Notes: generated by a model not told the origin, from the letters alone. DNA of 64,000 bases from Candidatus Blackburnbacteria bacterium RIFCSPLOWO2_01_FULL_40_20 (GCA_001816475.1 MHCC01000027.1:11312-75311), one strand, 5' to 3'; shown: positions 50,933-60,425, counted from the stretch's first letter. Numbers and translations are program-made.

Positions 50933-51006
50933 TGGCACAGGTGAAGGGAGTCGAACCCTTATCTGTGGTTTTGGAGACCACCATCCTGCCGTTGAACGAC
51001 ACCTGC
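50933..51006 (-). tRNA. tRNA-Trp (CCA), 3' CCA encoded
   Basis: Cloverleaf GCAGGTG...GTGGT-CTCCAAA-ACCAC...AAGGG-TTCGACT-CCCTT-CACCTGT-G-CCA. Confidence 0.92.
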
Positions 51007-51060
51007 AACTGACACCACCACTCAAAACTGACCAGATTGTAGTCTTGCGACTCAGAAAAG

Positions 51061-51897
51061 TCAAGTTGATTTTTTTGCACTAATTTTAAACTTATCAACA
51101 AAATTTCTGGTCTTTGCAGCATCTATTCTCTGGTCATAATTTTTAATATTCACCAGCCTTTGGTCGTTGTTACCAGTTTTTAAAGAAGTACTTACTATCA
51201 CACCATCTACATATTCAAGCAAGAGTTTAATATTCTCCTGGTCTGCACCACTTCCTACAATAATTGGAAAATCACCCACAGAGCTTCTGACTTTCTCAAG
51301 ATCATCAACGTTTGGAGCATCAGCAGTCCATTTGCCAGTTACGACTAAAGCACCAGACCCGTTCTCAATTGCTTTTTTTGCCGATTCCTCGATTGAGTCT
51401 TTACTTAATATTTTTGCATGCTTAACATGAATATCAGTAAGCAAGAGAATGTCTTTTGCATCTATCTTATTTTGAAAAGAAACAACTGGTTTTGGGCTTC
51501 CCAAAACTTGGCCATAATTAGTCTCTACCTCATCAACAAAAACAGGTATCCTAATAAACTTTCCTCCGCAAACTTTTGCAATGGATAACGCAGCTTCGTA
51601 ATCGTTCCACAACACAGAAACACCTATTGGAAGTCTTGTTCTTTTGATAATTTCTGAGGTCAATAATGTCATAGCTGCTACAGTTTCTGGGCCAACCTTT
51701 ATCTTGTGCGGCACATCATAATTGTTTTCGACAATTACTCCGTCCACTCCGTTTTGTTCAAGTACTTGAAGGTCATAAAGCGCGTTTTCTAGAATTTTAT
51801 CTATTCCGGGATAACCCTCGTATCCCAATAAAGGCATGAAATGCAGTACACCAATAATGGGATTTCTTGTCTTGAAGATTTTTTCAAACTTATCCAT
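51061..51897 (-). CDS. BtpA/SgcQ-family TIM-barrel protein
   Basis: IIGVLH..PLLG, VENNYDVP, DIHVKHA, VTGKWT, VGSG. Confidence 0.88.
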   Translation of the reverse strand: MDKFEKIFKTRNPIIGVLHFMPLLGYEGYPGIDKILENALYDLQVLEQNGVDGVIVENNYDVPHKIKVGPETVAAMTLLTSEIIKRTRLPIGVSVLWNDYEAALSIAKVCGGKFIRIPVFVDEVETNYGQVLGSPKPVVSFQNKIDAKDILLLTDIHVKHAKILSKDSIEESAKKAIENGSGALVVTGKWTADAPNVDDLEKVRSSVGDFPIIVGSGADQENIKLLLEYVDGVIVSTSLKTGNNDQRLVNIKNYDQRIDAAKTRNFVDKFKISAKKST

Positions 51898-53371
51898 TTA
51901 GCCCTCTACCAGCAAAACGTTTTGTTGATTCAACATAGTCGGCTAGCTTCCTTGCCGCTTTCCCCTGTCTTATGATTTCTAACGCACGATTTGTACATTC
52001 TCTCAAATAAGACTTATTAACTCTTCTCGTTTGTAAATCAAGGGCGTCAGGTAAAACCAAAACATGGCGCACAAACAACGCAAGCCCAACCGTCATTGCA
52101 AGATAGTAAGATTTGGCAGGATCTCTCATTGTCAGCGCTTCAATATTTGAGCAATGAATGCTTTCTGTAGTGTTTGGAACAAGCAAATTGTCCAAAGAAA
52201 ATTGTGAAAGAATTTCCTCTGGGTAAAAATCCTCAGGCTTTATTTGAAATGTCCCCATGTTTACTCCATTAACTAAAAATGCAGCCAATGTCGTGTATGG
52301 AGGAGGTGCAATTTCGTCGATTAATATGTGAGTTTTTGCGTCACAGGGAAACGCATCCGCTTCTTTCAAATCAGTTCCACAAAATACTACAGAATTTGTG
52401 TATTTTTGGAATCCTTTTTTGTGCAATATTCGCAGTGTATCAATGATTGTTTCCGGGGGTATTTTTTCATTGACTCCAACAAACGCGTGAATTGGAGTTT
52501 CTTTGTCTATTGTAAAAGCCAATGGGCCAATTACATGATTTACAGTTTCTCCTCGCAGCAAATGAGAGAGTGTGTGGAGAGTTCTTGTGTCGTGACAACT
52601 TGTCATAATAAGTCCAGTTTCTTTAAGAACTTTTTCAAAAGCGGAGATGGAGTGGAAATCTGACCTTGCACCACATGCTTCTATAGCACTTTGACCTGCC
52701 ACTTTTGAGGTGTTGGGGTAAGAATGGTGTTTATGAACAGGTGTCTCAACAGCAAGTGCAATTGATGAGAGCGTAGATAAACTAAATAATTTTGATCTGT
52801 CACCATTTAAAGGATATCCTTTATCCCCACCCATTCCACCAAATCCAAATATTGGCTCATTGCTTTTAATACGCGCAATTGTATCAAGCGTAATTGTTGC
52901 TGCTACCATCCCTGCAATCTCGTCTGAAGTTAATCCTCTATAGCTTTCTTTTCCAGACATGGTAGCCAACAATGCTGTTGCTTGTAAAAGATGCGTTTCT
53001 CGAGGTGGTATATTTTTGATTCTTGAAGCAATTAATGAATTTAAGGGTTGGTTTAATGAAGCACAAACAAATGTGATTAAACTAAATGCTTCATTGAAAG
53101 TTAAATCTTCACCTTGTTTAAGTTTTCTGTCGATTCCATAATAACCCTGGCCTTCAAACAGCTCGCCTAAGCAACCCTCAACAGTCTTTACATCCTGTTT
53201 TAACCTGTCATTGTAATTACTGTCTGATGCTAAATTTTCCAAAGTCAAACTGCAATCAACATTCTCCTGTCCGTGCACACCTTCAATACACCTTTGGTAA
53301 GGCTCACCTTTTAATCTTATAAAAGCTACTTGTCTGGATTGTGGAGCTTGCTCTAGTTCTTTAACCTGCAT
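51890..53371 (-). CDS. Divergent anthranilate phosphoribosyltransferase-like (GT family 3) protein
   Basis: GLTSDEIAG, GGMGGD, FSLST, VHKHH, IGPL, DEI align to TrpD GTGGD/FNIST/VAKHGN; ATG 53371. Confidence 0.7.
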   Translation of the reverse strand: MQVKELEQAPQSRQVAFIRLKGEPYQRCIEGVHGQENVDCSLTLENLASDSNYNDRLKQDVKTVEGCLGELFEGQGYYGIDRKLKQGEDLTFNEAFSLITFVCASLNQPLNSLIASRIKNIPPRETHLLQATALLATMSGKESYRGLTSDEIAGMVAATITLDTIARIKSNEPIFGFGGMGGDKGYPLNGDRSKLFSLSTLSSIALAVETPVHKHHSYPNTSKVAGQSAIEACGARSDFHSISAFEKVLKETGLIMTSCHDTRTLHTLSHLLRGETVNHVIGPLAFTIDKETPIHAFVGVNEKIPPETIIDTLRILHKKGFQKYTNSVVFCGTDLKEADAFPCDAKTHILIDEIAPPPYTTLAAFLVNGVNMGTFQIKPEDFYPEEILSQFSLDNLLVPNTTESIHCSNIEALTMRDPAKSYYLAMTVGLALFVRHVLVLPDALDLQTRRVNKSYLRECTNRALEIIRQGKAARKLADYVESTKRFAGRGLNG

Positions 53372-53382
53372 ATTTTTACAAT

Positions 53383-53683
53383 AAAAAACTCGTCGCTGCT
53401 CACCACAAAAAGTGATGAACAAGGACGAGTCAGTCTCGTGGTGCCACCTTGTTTTATTGACTCATTAAAAAATCCCCATCGCTGGGGACTGTCAAATGAA
53501 TGAGTCAACCTCATTTATTGACATGCTCCACTTGCGCGACACATGTTGCAGACTTTAACGGTTTCGCCTCCGTAGCATACTTTTGCTCAGCGCGCCCTTC
53601 GACTTTGCTCAGGGCTTTAACCCTTTTGCTCTGCTCAGGACGATCGGCTCCATCCTTCCGAATCAACGCTTTTATCTGCAACT
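53383..53683 (-). promoter_or_regulatory. T-box riboswitch, probably Trp-specific
   Basis: AAGGTGGCACCACG T-box with antiterminator, overlapping terminator ctcgtc...gacgag-TTTTTT, AGTA...GAAA-CCGTTA stem II/F-box, GGA-TGG-A candidate specifier at 53652-53650. Confidence 0.82.
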
Positions 53684-53806
53684 ATTATTGCACACTTGTC
53701 AAGCCCTCTGCAACCAGAGTGGTTAATGTAAATTTTTGAGCATAATTTTAAAGTTATGAGCCTCGCGACTAATTTCATTTTTTTCTTTGGCGGTGTATAA
53801 TCAATT

Positions 53807-54475
53807 ATGTCAAGTGAGTATTTGTTTGCAGAAATTGCCGCTTATCTTCGAGACCACCGTTCGTATGTAGCACATAAATCCTTAGAAGATGCATTAACTC
53901 CAGAATTTATTACCTCTAAAGCCATTGAATGCGCCCGCCTTGAAAACAAGTTAGTTGAATTCTTAAAAAACGCAGAAACAACAGCAAGCAATGATGTTAC
54001 AGGGTGTTTCATTTTGAAAATATCCTACGAAGGGCAAGTGGAAAAAATGTGTATTGGGCTACTTGGCAAACAAGTAATGCCCATGCCTGTGGATAGCATA
54101 CGGTTCCACACATATAACCCGACTTCAAAAGACCACCCTCTTTCCTTGTTGCTCAAAAAACTTGGAATACGCTCGTCTAACCTCTTACTACTTGGCACAC
54201 ACATGGATGAAGCCACTGATCAACAAGTAAGAGACCTGCTTGAAAAGAAACAAATACTTGCTAGCTCGCCTGAAACTTTATACCTTTTCGACAGTTCGGG
54301 AAAGTACGCTAAAGTCTCTGCTTTTCCAAGAACGGTCATTGATCCGAGAGAAGATGTGGGAATTGACGATGTTGCAATAAAGCATGTGTTGTCGAAAATG
54401 ACAACTAAAGATTTTATGTTCGTATTTCAGGCCCTAACGCAACTTCAGGAGAAAACAAAACAGTTTGGAATTTAA
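53807..54475 (+). CDS. Hypothetical protein
   Basis: 222-aa ORF after gtgTATAAT. Confidence 0.55.
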   Translation: MSSEYLFAEIAAYLRDHRSYVAHKSLEDALTPEFITSKAIECARLENKLVEFLKNAETTASNDVTGCFILKISYEGQVEKMCIGLLGKQVMPMPVDSIRFHTYNPTSKDHPLSLLLKKLGIRSSNLLLLGTHMDEATDQQVRDLLEKKQILASSPETLYLFDSSGKYAKVSAFPRTVIDPREDVGIDDVAIKHVLSKMTTKDFMFVFQALTQLQEKTKQFGI

Positions 54476-54957
54476 TCGCCTTGCAAGCAAATATCTCTAC
54501 AAATTCCTTCGCTTATCTTAACTAAGTCGCGAGGTTTTATAACAAGAGTTTGAGTCGGCTCGCCGGCGCTGCAAAAAACTGTCCTATTTTCAAGGATCGC
54601 CCTATCAAAAACCACCTTGAATTTTTCCGGATCGTGTCCAAACGGCCTTAAGCCTCCAAAAGGCAGTCCAATAACCTGCTCTACGCGTTCTCGTGGTACA
54701 AGCAAGACGTCTCCGCGCTCCGCTTCGAGTGCTCGCGCAAGCTTGCTTCTGTCAATCTTGTCATTTCCTCTTAATGCAACAAGCACATATTGTCCTGTAT
54801 CCGCCCTTTGGAATAGAAGAGTTTTCACCATAACTCTGCGCGAAACGCCTAATTTTTTTTCTACATCATTAAGAGTGACAACCGGATCGTGCCGTACAAG
54901 ATAGTGTGGAACAGTAATACGCTCAACACAACTGGAAGATGTGGGTATTTTTTCCAT
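54472..54957 (-). CDS. YbaK/ProX aminoacyl-tRNA deacylase
   Basis: VKTLL, GGLRPFG, SAG; coupled to trpS. Confidence 0.85.
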   Translation of the reverse strand: MEKIPTSSSCVERITVPHYLVRHDPVVTLNDVEKKLGVSRRVMVKTLLFQRADTGQYVLVALRGNDKIDRSKLARALEAERGDVLLVPRERVEQVIGLPFGGLRPFGHDPEKFKVVFDRAILENRTVFCSAGEPTQTLVIKPRDLVKISEGICRDICLQGD

Positions 54958-55934
54958 TAAAGTAAGCCCATTTCTTTTTTTGTCTGGCTTAACACCTTAC
55001 TCGCGACATTTGTTGCTTTAGCTTGACCCATTTTTAATACTTTTTCCACGTACTCAGGATCTGCCTGAATTTCCTGCCTCTTTTTTTGTATTGGCTGCAA
55101 CTCTTTAAAAATTGCCTCTGAAAGATAGTCTTTTAATACAACAAACTTAAGTGTTCCATTTTTATAATCCGTAGAATATTTTGATACATCCTCGGGAGCA
55201 AAAAGCTCAAGGAGCTTAAATAATGTTTTGACTCCAGGCGACATTTCTCCCCCAACATTGCTTGAAGTAGGAACTGCTCTAATCTTCTTTTTTATTTCAT
55301 CTTGTGTATCCGTTAGATTAATATAACTCCCTTCAACTGATTTACTCATCTTACCTTCGCCACTAAGCGATGGAACAGACTCTCCTTTTGTAGCAAAACG
55401 CTGGGGTTCAGGAAAATCAAGGCCATATTTTTCGTTCATCTTCCGAGCAATTTCTCGAGAAATTTCCAAGTGTGGCTCCTGGTCAATACCCACAGGAACA
55501 GCTTCAGCTTTATAGACTAAAATATCTGCAGCCATCAAAATGGGGTAGTTTAAAAGCGCCATAGTCACATTTTCCGGGTGTTGTTTAACCTTTTCTTTAA
55601 ACGTTGGCAAGTGTTGCATCCGAGCAACTGTTTCGACTGTTGAAAAAAGATAAGCTAATTCGGTATGTTCGCGAACATGTGATTGGACAAAAATTGTGCT
55701 TTTTTCTGGGTCAAGACCTGCAGATAAATAATCCAACACAACTTCTTTAATGTTTCTTCTTAACTGCTCAGGATCGAATGGGGTTGTAATTGAATGAAGA
55801 TCGGCAACCATGTAAAAGGTCTCGTATTCGGGATTTTTTTGAAGCTCGAGCATTCCCTTAACCGCACCAAGGTAATTTCCCAAATGCAAACGCCCAGTCG
55901 CTCTGATTCCTGATAAAACTCTTTTTTTATCCAT
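54957..55934 (-). CDS. trpS: Tryptophanyl-tRNA synthetase (canonical type)
   Basis: SGIRATGRLHLGNY, ADLHSIT, YPILMAADI, KMSKS. Confidence 0.95.
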   Translation of the reverse strand: MDKKRVLSGIRATGRLHLGNYLGAVKGMLELQKNPEYETFYMVADLHSITTPFDPEQLRRNIKEVVLDYLSAGLDPEKSTIFVQSHVREHTELAYLFSTVETVARMQHLPTFKEKVKQHPENVTMALLNYPILMAADILVYKAEAVPVGIDQEPHLEISREIARKMNEKYGLDFPEPQRFATKGESVPSLSGEGKMSKSVEGSYINLTDTQDEIKKKIRAVPTSSNVGGEMSPGVKTLFKLLELFAPEDVSKYSTDYKNGTLKFVVLKDYLSEAIFKELQPIQKKRQEIQADPEYVEKVLKMGQAKATNVASKVLSQTKKEMGLL

Positions 55935-55951
55935 ATGGGACCCATTATATC

Positions 55952-56146
55952 TCATTTTTCACTTCCATTTCTAAGACTCTTTAAAAGACGATCAAGCTCT
56001 TCTTGTGACATATTTGCCAAAATGTCCATACCTTGTTTTATTGCATCCAAATCTACAGGCTGTTTACTTCTATTAGCCTTGTGTATTGCATTTAAACCCA
56101 CGGCTGCCTCTATTAATTCTTCTTTACTCATTCTTTCTTTCAACAT
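55952..56146 (-). CDS. 64-aa helical hypothetical protein heading the trpS operon
   Basis: GGAGGTGA SD before ATG 56146. Confidence 0.6.
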   Translation of the reverse strand: MLKERMSKEELIEAAVGLNAIHKANRSKQPVDLDAIKQGMDILANMSQEELDRLLKSLRNGSEK

Positions 56147-56169
56147 TTTTATCACCTCCTCAGGGCAAC

Positions 56170-56302
56170 AAAAAAACTCGCCTTTGAAGCGAGTTTTGTT
56201 CTTTTTTTTGTTCCTTTCAAAGCTAATTTTCAAAAGCCACCAAAACCCGCTCGCCTAGACGAGATAAGTAAAGGTAAACCAATATGAATTAGCTCTCAAC
56301 AT
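56170..56302 (-). promoter_or_regulatory. Ribosome-mediated attenuator with leader peptide MLRANSYWFTFTYLV
   Basis: uORF 56302-56255; antiterminator arm 56250-56241 pairs with the 5' arm of terminator 56198-56170. Confidence 0.7.
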
Positions 56303-56346
56303 AACTTGATTTAATTATTTCACAAATAAGAACAGTATGCAATAAG

Positions 56347-56419
56347 TAGCTGGGGTGGGGGTCGAACCCACGATCGCCGGTTTATGAATCCGGTGCTCTA
56401 CCAACTGAGCTACCCAGCC
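56347..56419 (-). tRNA. tRNA-Met (CAT), elongator-like; CCA not encoded
   Basis: GGCTGGG-TAGCTCAGTTGGTAGAGC-A-CCGGA-TTCATAA-ACCGG...GTGGG-TTCGACC-CCCAC; G2-C71, C3-G70 and U4-A69 favour Met over Ile2. Confidence 0.88.
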
Positions 56420-56472
56420 ACAATACATACATATTTTACCAAACTTGGACAAATTAAGAAAGTTTTTAACAA

Positions 56473-57651
56473 TTACTTAAAAAACGGAGACTGTAGAAGA
56501 TAATCGACTTCATATTGCAAGAAGCCAACTGTTGGATAATCTCCATGCCACTTCATAATACTTGGTTGTGCATACAAGACAGGATCGGGATGGCCTAACC
56601 CAAAGGCATGGCCCAACTCGTGCGCCGGAGTGCCTTTTGGTACACCACCGGAACATTGCCATCCATCGCTATACTTACAAGGAATGCCCCAGTCGTTTAC
56701 TACACCTGATATAGGCTCAAGCACCCAATCTCCAACTATTGCCCATCCTGCATAATTTGGATACAAATTTGCTCCTGCATATCCTCCACCACCTGCGCTG
56801 AAGACCAAAGCCGCGGTTTGTTCATCCCAATGCTCAACCCCGTCATGAATGGCTTGGTTCATGTACATTCCCCAGTTCCCGTCCAGTCTTCGAGGATCGC
56901 TCAAACACTCCGCAGAAGGAGGAGTTGAATCAAGAGGGCCTGGATCACATCTCATTGTGTCGTAATTGTATTTGCTGCGCACGACAACCAACGGTTGCAT
57001 GAAAAATGTTGCACCAACCTTCTCTTTGTACCAATTTTGGAGCTCTACCATGTAGTTTTTAACTGCTGTCTCGTATTCTGGGTACATTGACTTGTCGGCC
57101 GGATAAACAAGATACGGCCTAACCCAAAAGAATGCACGAGGTGAAGGAGTTGGAGACGGGCTCGGAGGGCTTGGAGACGCAACGGGCGAAGGGAACGGGT
57201 CTGGGGAAGCCAGAGTGCTAGAAGCAACACAGTCAACCACTGCACTTTGTGTTTGGCCTTTGTGTCTGCGATCTGCTGTTAAAACACGCCAATACACTGT
57301 TGCACCACATTTGTATTTATCCCATTTAGATTGAGGGTCTGCAACTAATATTGGACTTGACGCACCACTCCCAAAACCCTCATTTTCATTCTTATTCATT
57401 CGAGCGGATGTGGACACATCAACAACATAAGCACTGTTAAGTTCTGAGTATACAAAGTTAAATGTTGCTGTCTGAGATGTTAGGGTAGCAGACAGACTGC
57501 CAAAAACATTTGTGTTGGGTTTGGCAAGTATCGAAGTTGGAGTAAGTTTAACTTCTTTTTTCTGTGCAACTAAAAGTAGTCCTAGAGTTGCGACACCAAC
57601 AATTAAAACAAGAGGTAAGAAATGAATTACACCCTGAGCAGAATTACGCAT
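56473..57651 (-). CDS. Surface metzincin-type zinc peptidase
   Basis: HELGHAFGLGH + PSIM Met-turn; pilin-like N-terminus QGVIHF + TM. Confidence 0.8.
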   Translation of the reverse strand: MRNSAQGVIHFLPLVLIVGVATLGLLLVAQKKEVKLTPTSILAKPNTNVFGSLSATLTSQTATFNFVYSELNSAYVVDVSTSARMNKNENEGFGSGASSPILVADPQSKWDKYKCGATVYWRVLTADRRHKGQTQSAVVDCVASSTLASPDPFPSPVASPSPPSPSPTPSPRAFFWVRPYLVYPADKSMYPEYETAVKNYMVELQNWYKEKVGATFFMQPLVVVRSKYNYDTMRCDPGPLDSTPPSAECLSDPRRLDGNWGMYMNQAIHDGVEHWDEQTAALVFSAGGGGYAGANLYPNYAGWAIVGDWVLEPISGVVNDWGIPCKYSDGWQCSGGVPKGTPAHELGHAFGLGHPDPVLYAQPSIMKWHGDYPTVGFLQYEVDYLLQSPFFK

Positions 57652-57707
57652 CTGTGTTTACTATAGAGATATCCAAACAATGATGTCAACGGGTAAAAAT
57701 ATCTTCG

Positions 57708-58250
57708 CTATTGTTGAATTTTGGCAATATAATATGAGTCTGGAAGACTAAAGCGGGGCAACAGTGCAGAAAGGTGGGTTTTGTGTTTGTGGGCGCGCAT
57801 CACTGCTTCTTCTAAAGTTTCGCCTTTCCGGACTTTACCAAACCAAAAATCAACACCAAAATGTTTGTGATATGGCACCGATTTACGAAAATTACTCATT
57901 GCAGTATAAACCGCAGGTCTTCCACCTTGCCATTGCGAAATTTTCTTGGACTTTTCGAGTGAAAATATTACAACGCTCAACCAAAGTTTGGCGTCATCTG
58001 TGTACTTTTCAAAAACTATTCCCCGCACCTCTTCACAACTCACAACTTCGTCCAAAAAAGCTTCTACCGGCTTTTGGAGGTTTGAGAATTCGAAAGAACT
58101 TGCAACTTGACTTGCTACTTCTGGGGCTTGAGCCGGAATTGTAAAATCGCACACCCTACTATTAAGGGTTCTTTCGTATTCCCTTGCAACTCTTCGACGA
58201 TCCAAGCTCCCGGAAATTAAATCATATCTACTTTCTCTCTCAGCAACCAT
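57708..58250 (-). CDS. Hypothetical protein
   Basis: 180-aa ORF. Confidence 0.5.
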   Translation of the reverse strand: MVAERESRYDLISGSLDRRRVAREYERTLNSRVCDFTIPAQAPEVASQVASSFEFSNLQKPVEAFLDEVVSCEEVRGIVFEKYTDDAKLWLSVVIFSLEKSKKISQWQGGRPAVYTAMSNFRKSVPYHKHFGVDFWFGKVRKGETLEEAVMRAHKHKTHLSALLPRFSLPDSYYIAKIQQ

Positions 58251-58309
58251 TTGCTTTGATAATAACCAAGAAGTTTCAAGAAAGCAACAAAAAAGAGGGA
58301 GTCATTTCG

Positions 58310-58555
58310 TCAGAAAATAATATTTAGGACTTTAATTTTTTTGTCCCTGCTCCAACCCTTAATTTGACTTTCTCTCTTTAAAGCCTCGGATTGGGTCAGT
58401 AATTGTTCTGAATAAACCAATTTCACGGGTTTGTGGGATCTTGTGTAGTGTCCGCCTTTCCCATCTTTGTGATCAGAAAAGCGCCTTTGAACATTGCTGG
58501 AATAACCCGTATACAAGCTTCCGTCTTCACAAAGAAGGATATAAACAAACCACAC
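58310..58555 (-). CDS. GIY-YIG nuclease (YhbQ-like)
   Basis: WFVYILLCEDGSLYTG, ALKRESQIKGWSR; GTG 58555. Confidence 0.9.
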   Translation of the reverse strand: MWFVYILLCEDGSLYTGYSSNVQRRFSDHKDGKGGHYTRSHKPVKLVYSEQLLTQSEALKRESQIKGWSRDKKIKVLNIIF

Positions 58556-58576
58556 AAGTCTATTAAAGCACTTAGG

Positions 58577-58676
58577 CAAGCTCCGTGCACTTCGACTCGC
58601 CAACAAAAAAACTCGCTTCATTCGCTGAGTGGTTTACACTGAGCGAGCGAAGCGAGTCGAAGTGTTGCGGGGCTTG
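58577..58676. repeat. REP-like long palindrome upstream of the GIY-YIG gene
   Basis: caagctccg..cacttcgactcgc ... gcgagtcgaagtg..cggggcttg. Confidence 0.7.
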
Positions 58677-58801
58677 GAAGAAATAAGAACCTACTTCCTA
58701 GCCACACCGGACGTTGTATTTATACCAGATTTAAGATGAAAAGTAAGCCCCCCATACACACCTTTGTACTAAATCTCTCTATCTGATAGAATTCGTGAGA
58801 A

Positions 58802-59691
58802 ATGAAAAATTTCACAGCTAACTTACAGGACGAACTCCAGAATATATCTGATACACACAATGTCCTACTGTTAAGTTTTATTGCTCCCGACAAAATAGTA
58901 AGAACTTCACCAGTGACTTACGACTATGCAAGTATATCGGTAAATGACTTTTACAGAGTTGAAGAGATTGTGGAAAACTTGAGAGAAGCTGGACAATTGC
59001 CCAGTAAGCTTCATTTGGTCATACAAACACCTGGCGGACAGCTGGGCGTGTCTACAAAAATAGCTAAATATCTACGCTCTTCTTTCCGTGATATTGTCGT
59101 CTTTGTTCCTTACGAAGCGGCCAGCGGCGGAACCATGATGTGCCTTGCGGCCAATTCTATCGTTATGGGTATAACTTCGAATATCACTCCGATTGACCCT
59201 CAGGTTCCTTATAAAGGACAACGAATAGCTGCCACTAGTACGACCAAGCTATCGAGGAAATGAGGAAAAAATACGCCAAACATCGACCGGATGAAATACC
59301 AAGCCCCGACCAACAATTATGTTCACAGTTCGACCCTATTATACAAACTGAAATGAGTAAAATTGTTTTTGACACATTAATCGTTGCAATTGATTTATTA
59401 ACAAAATCACAAAAACCCAAGGACGAAAGAGGGACGGGAAAAATCCTTTCCACAGCGCTTGCTTTGGGGAAAAATGCTTACCCGCACTCACATGTGATTG
59501 ACAGAGAGGAAGCCAGAAAAATAGGGTTGAACGTCACAAAAGACCCTGCTATGATTTTATTACTTAAGTCTTACAAAAAATGGGTATCATTTAGACTAGC
59601 AGAAGAGGTAAACTTCCATATAATTGAACAGTTTTCACCCAATAAGACAGATGACAAAAACGAAAAAACAGAAGACAAAATTAAAGAATAA
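58802..59691 (+). pseudogene. ClpP-fold serine protease (SDH family) split by a frameshift
   Basis: QTPGG, AASGGTMMCLAA, PIDPQ, PHSHVI; frame break near 59239 (ATS/YDQAIEEMRKK). Confidence 0.75.
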
Positions 59692-59879
59692 GATAGGTAA
59701 GGTTTATAGCTCGAGAATTAAAACCATACAAGATTTGTACTCGGGTACTCCTTTTAGAGGTGAAGAAGAAATAAAAAAGAAGCTTGATATTATCTAACTG
59801 GCCGCGTCATGTAGCTCTCAGGAAATGTTAATTAAGCCAAAAAAGGGGTTGATGTAAGACCATTGTCCAATACAAAAGA

Positions 59880-60425
59880 TCAATTATTAGTTTTCTTAAG
59901 CAGTTCCTTAAAATTTTTCTCTATTTCTTCGGCTTTAACCGATTCTTCTGACCTGACAATATAATTGTTGTAAAAACTATAACCGTCCCACTCTATGGGA
60001 CCATTCCACAGCACCCGAGAAGACTCATCGACTGCATATTTAGAATATTCACACAAATCTTCTGCAACATTAGTTAACATCTTTTTATCATGCCGAACCT
60101 TTGCTTTAATCTTAATATACAAACCGAATAAGTAATCTAATTTATTTTCTATTTCTATAATTTGTCGGCGCTGCAATTCTCTTCTTCTGTCTTTCAAATA
60201 TTTGCCATCTTTGACAACCAATTCGAAATGATCACTCACTTTTTTTCGGTTATCTGCGAATAACTTTTCTAAATTTTTTACCCTAGAACCCGGATGGAAT
60301 TTAATCAATAACAAATACGTCACAAAACCAAAAAGGGTAACATAAAATACCCACCTCAATGGTTCAATCAACCAAGATATAAAAAGTACGATCAACCACC
60401 ACGATTCTTTTAGCCACTCCTTCAT
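59880..60425 (-). CDS. Membrane-anchored hypothetical protein
   Basis: N-terminal TMs. Confidence 0.55.
   Translation of the reverse strand: MKEWLKESWWLIVLFISWLIEPLRWVFYVTLFGFVTYLLLIKFHPGSRVKNLEKLFADNRKKVSDHFELVVKDGKYLKDRRRELQRRQIIEIENKLDYLFGLYIKIKAKVRHDKKMLTNVAEDLCEYSKYAVDESSRVLWNGPIEWDGYSFYNNYIVRSEESVKAEEIEKNFKELLKKTNN

Noticed and set aside
50840-51122. ORFs 50840..51064 and 50919..51122
   Set aside because: They overlap tRNA-Trp; spurious
53500-53739. 79-aa plus-strand ORF and the MFITFCGEQ N-terminal extension of the TrpD-like gene
   Set aside because: Both lie in the T-box leader/terminator
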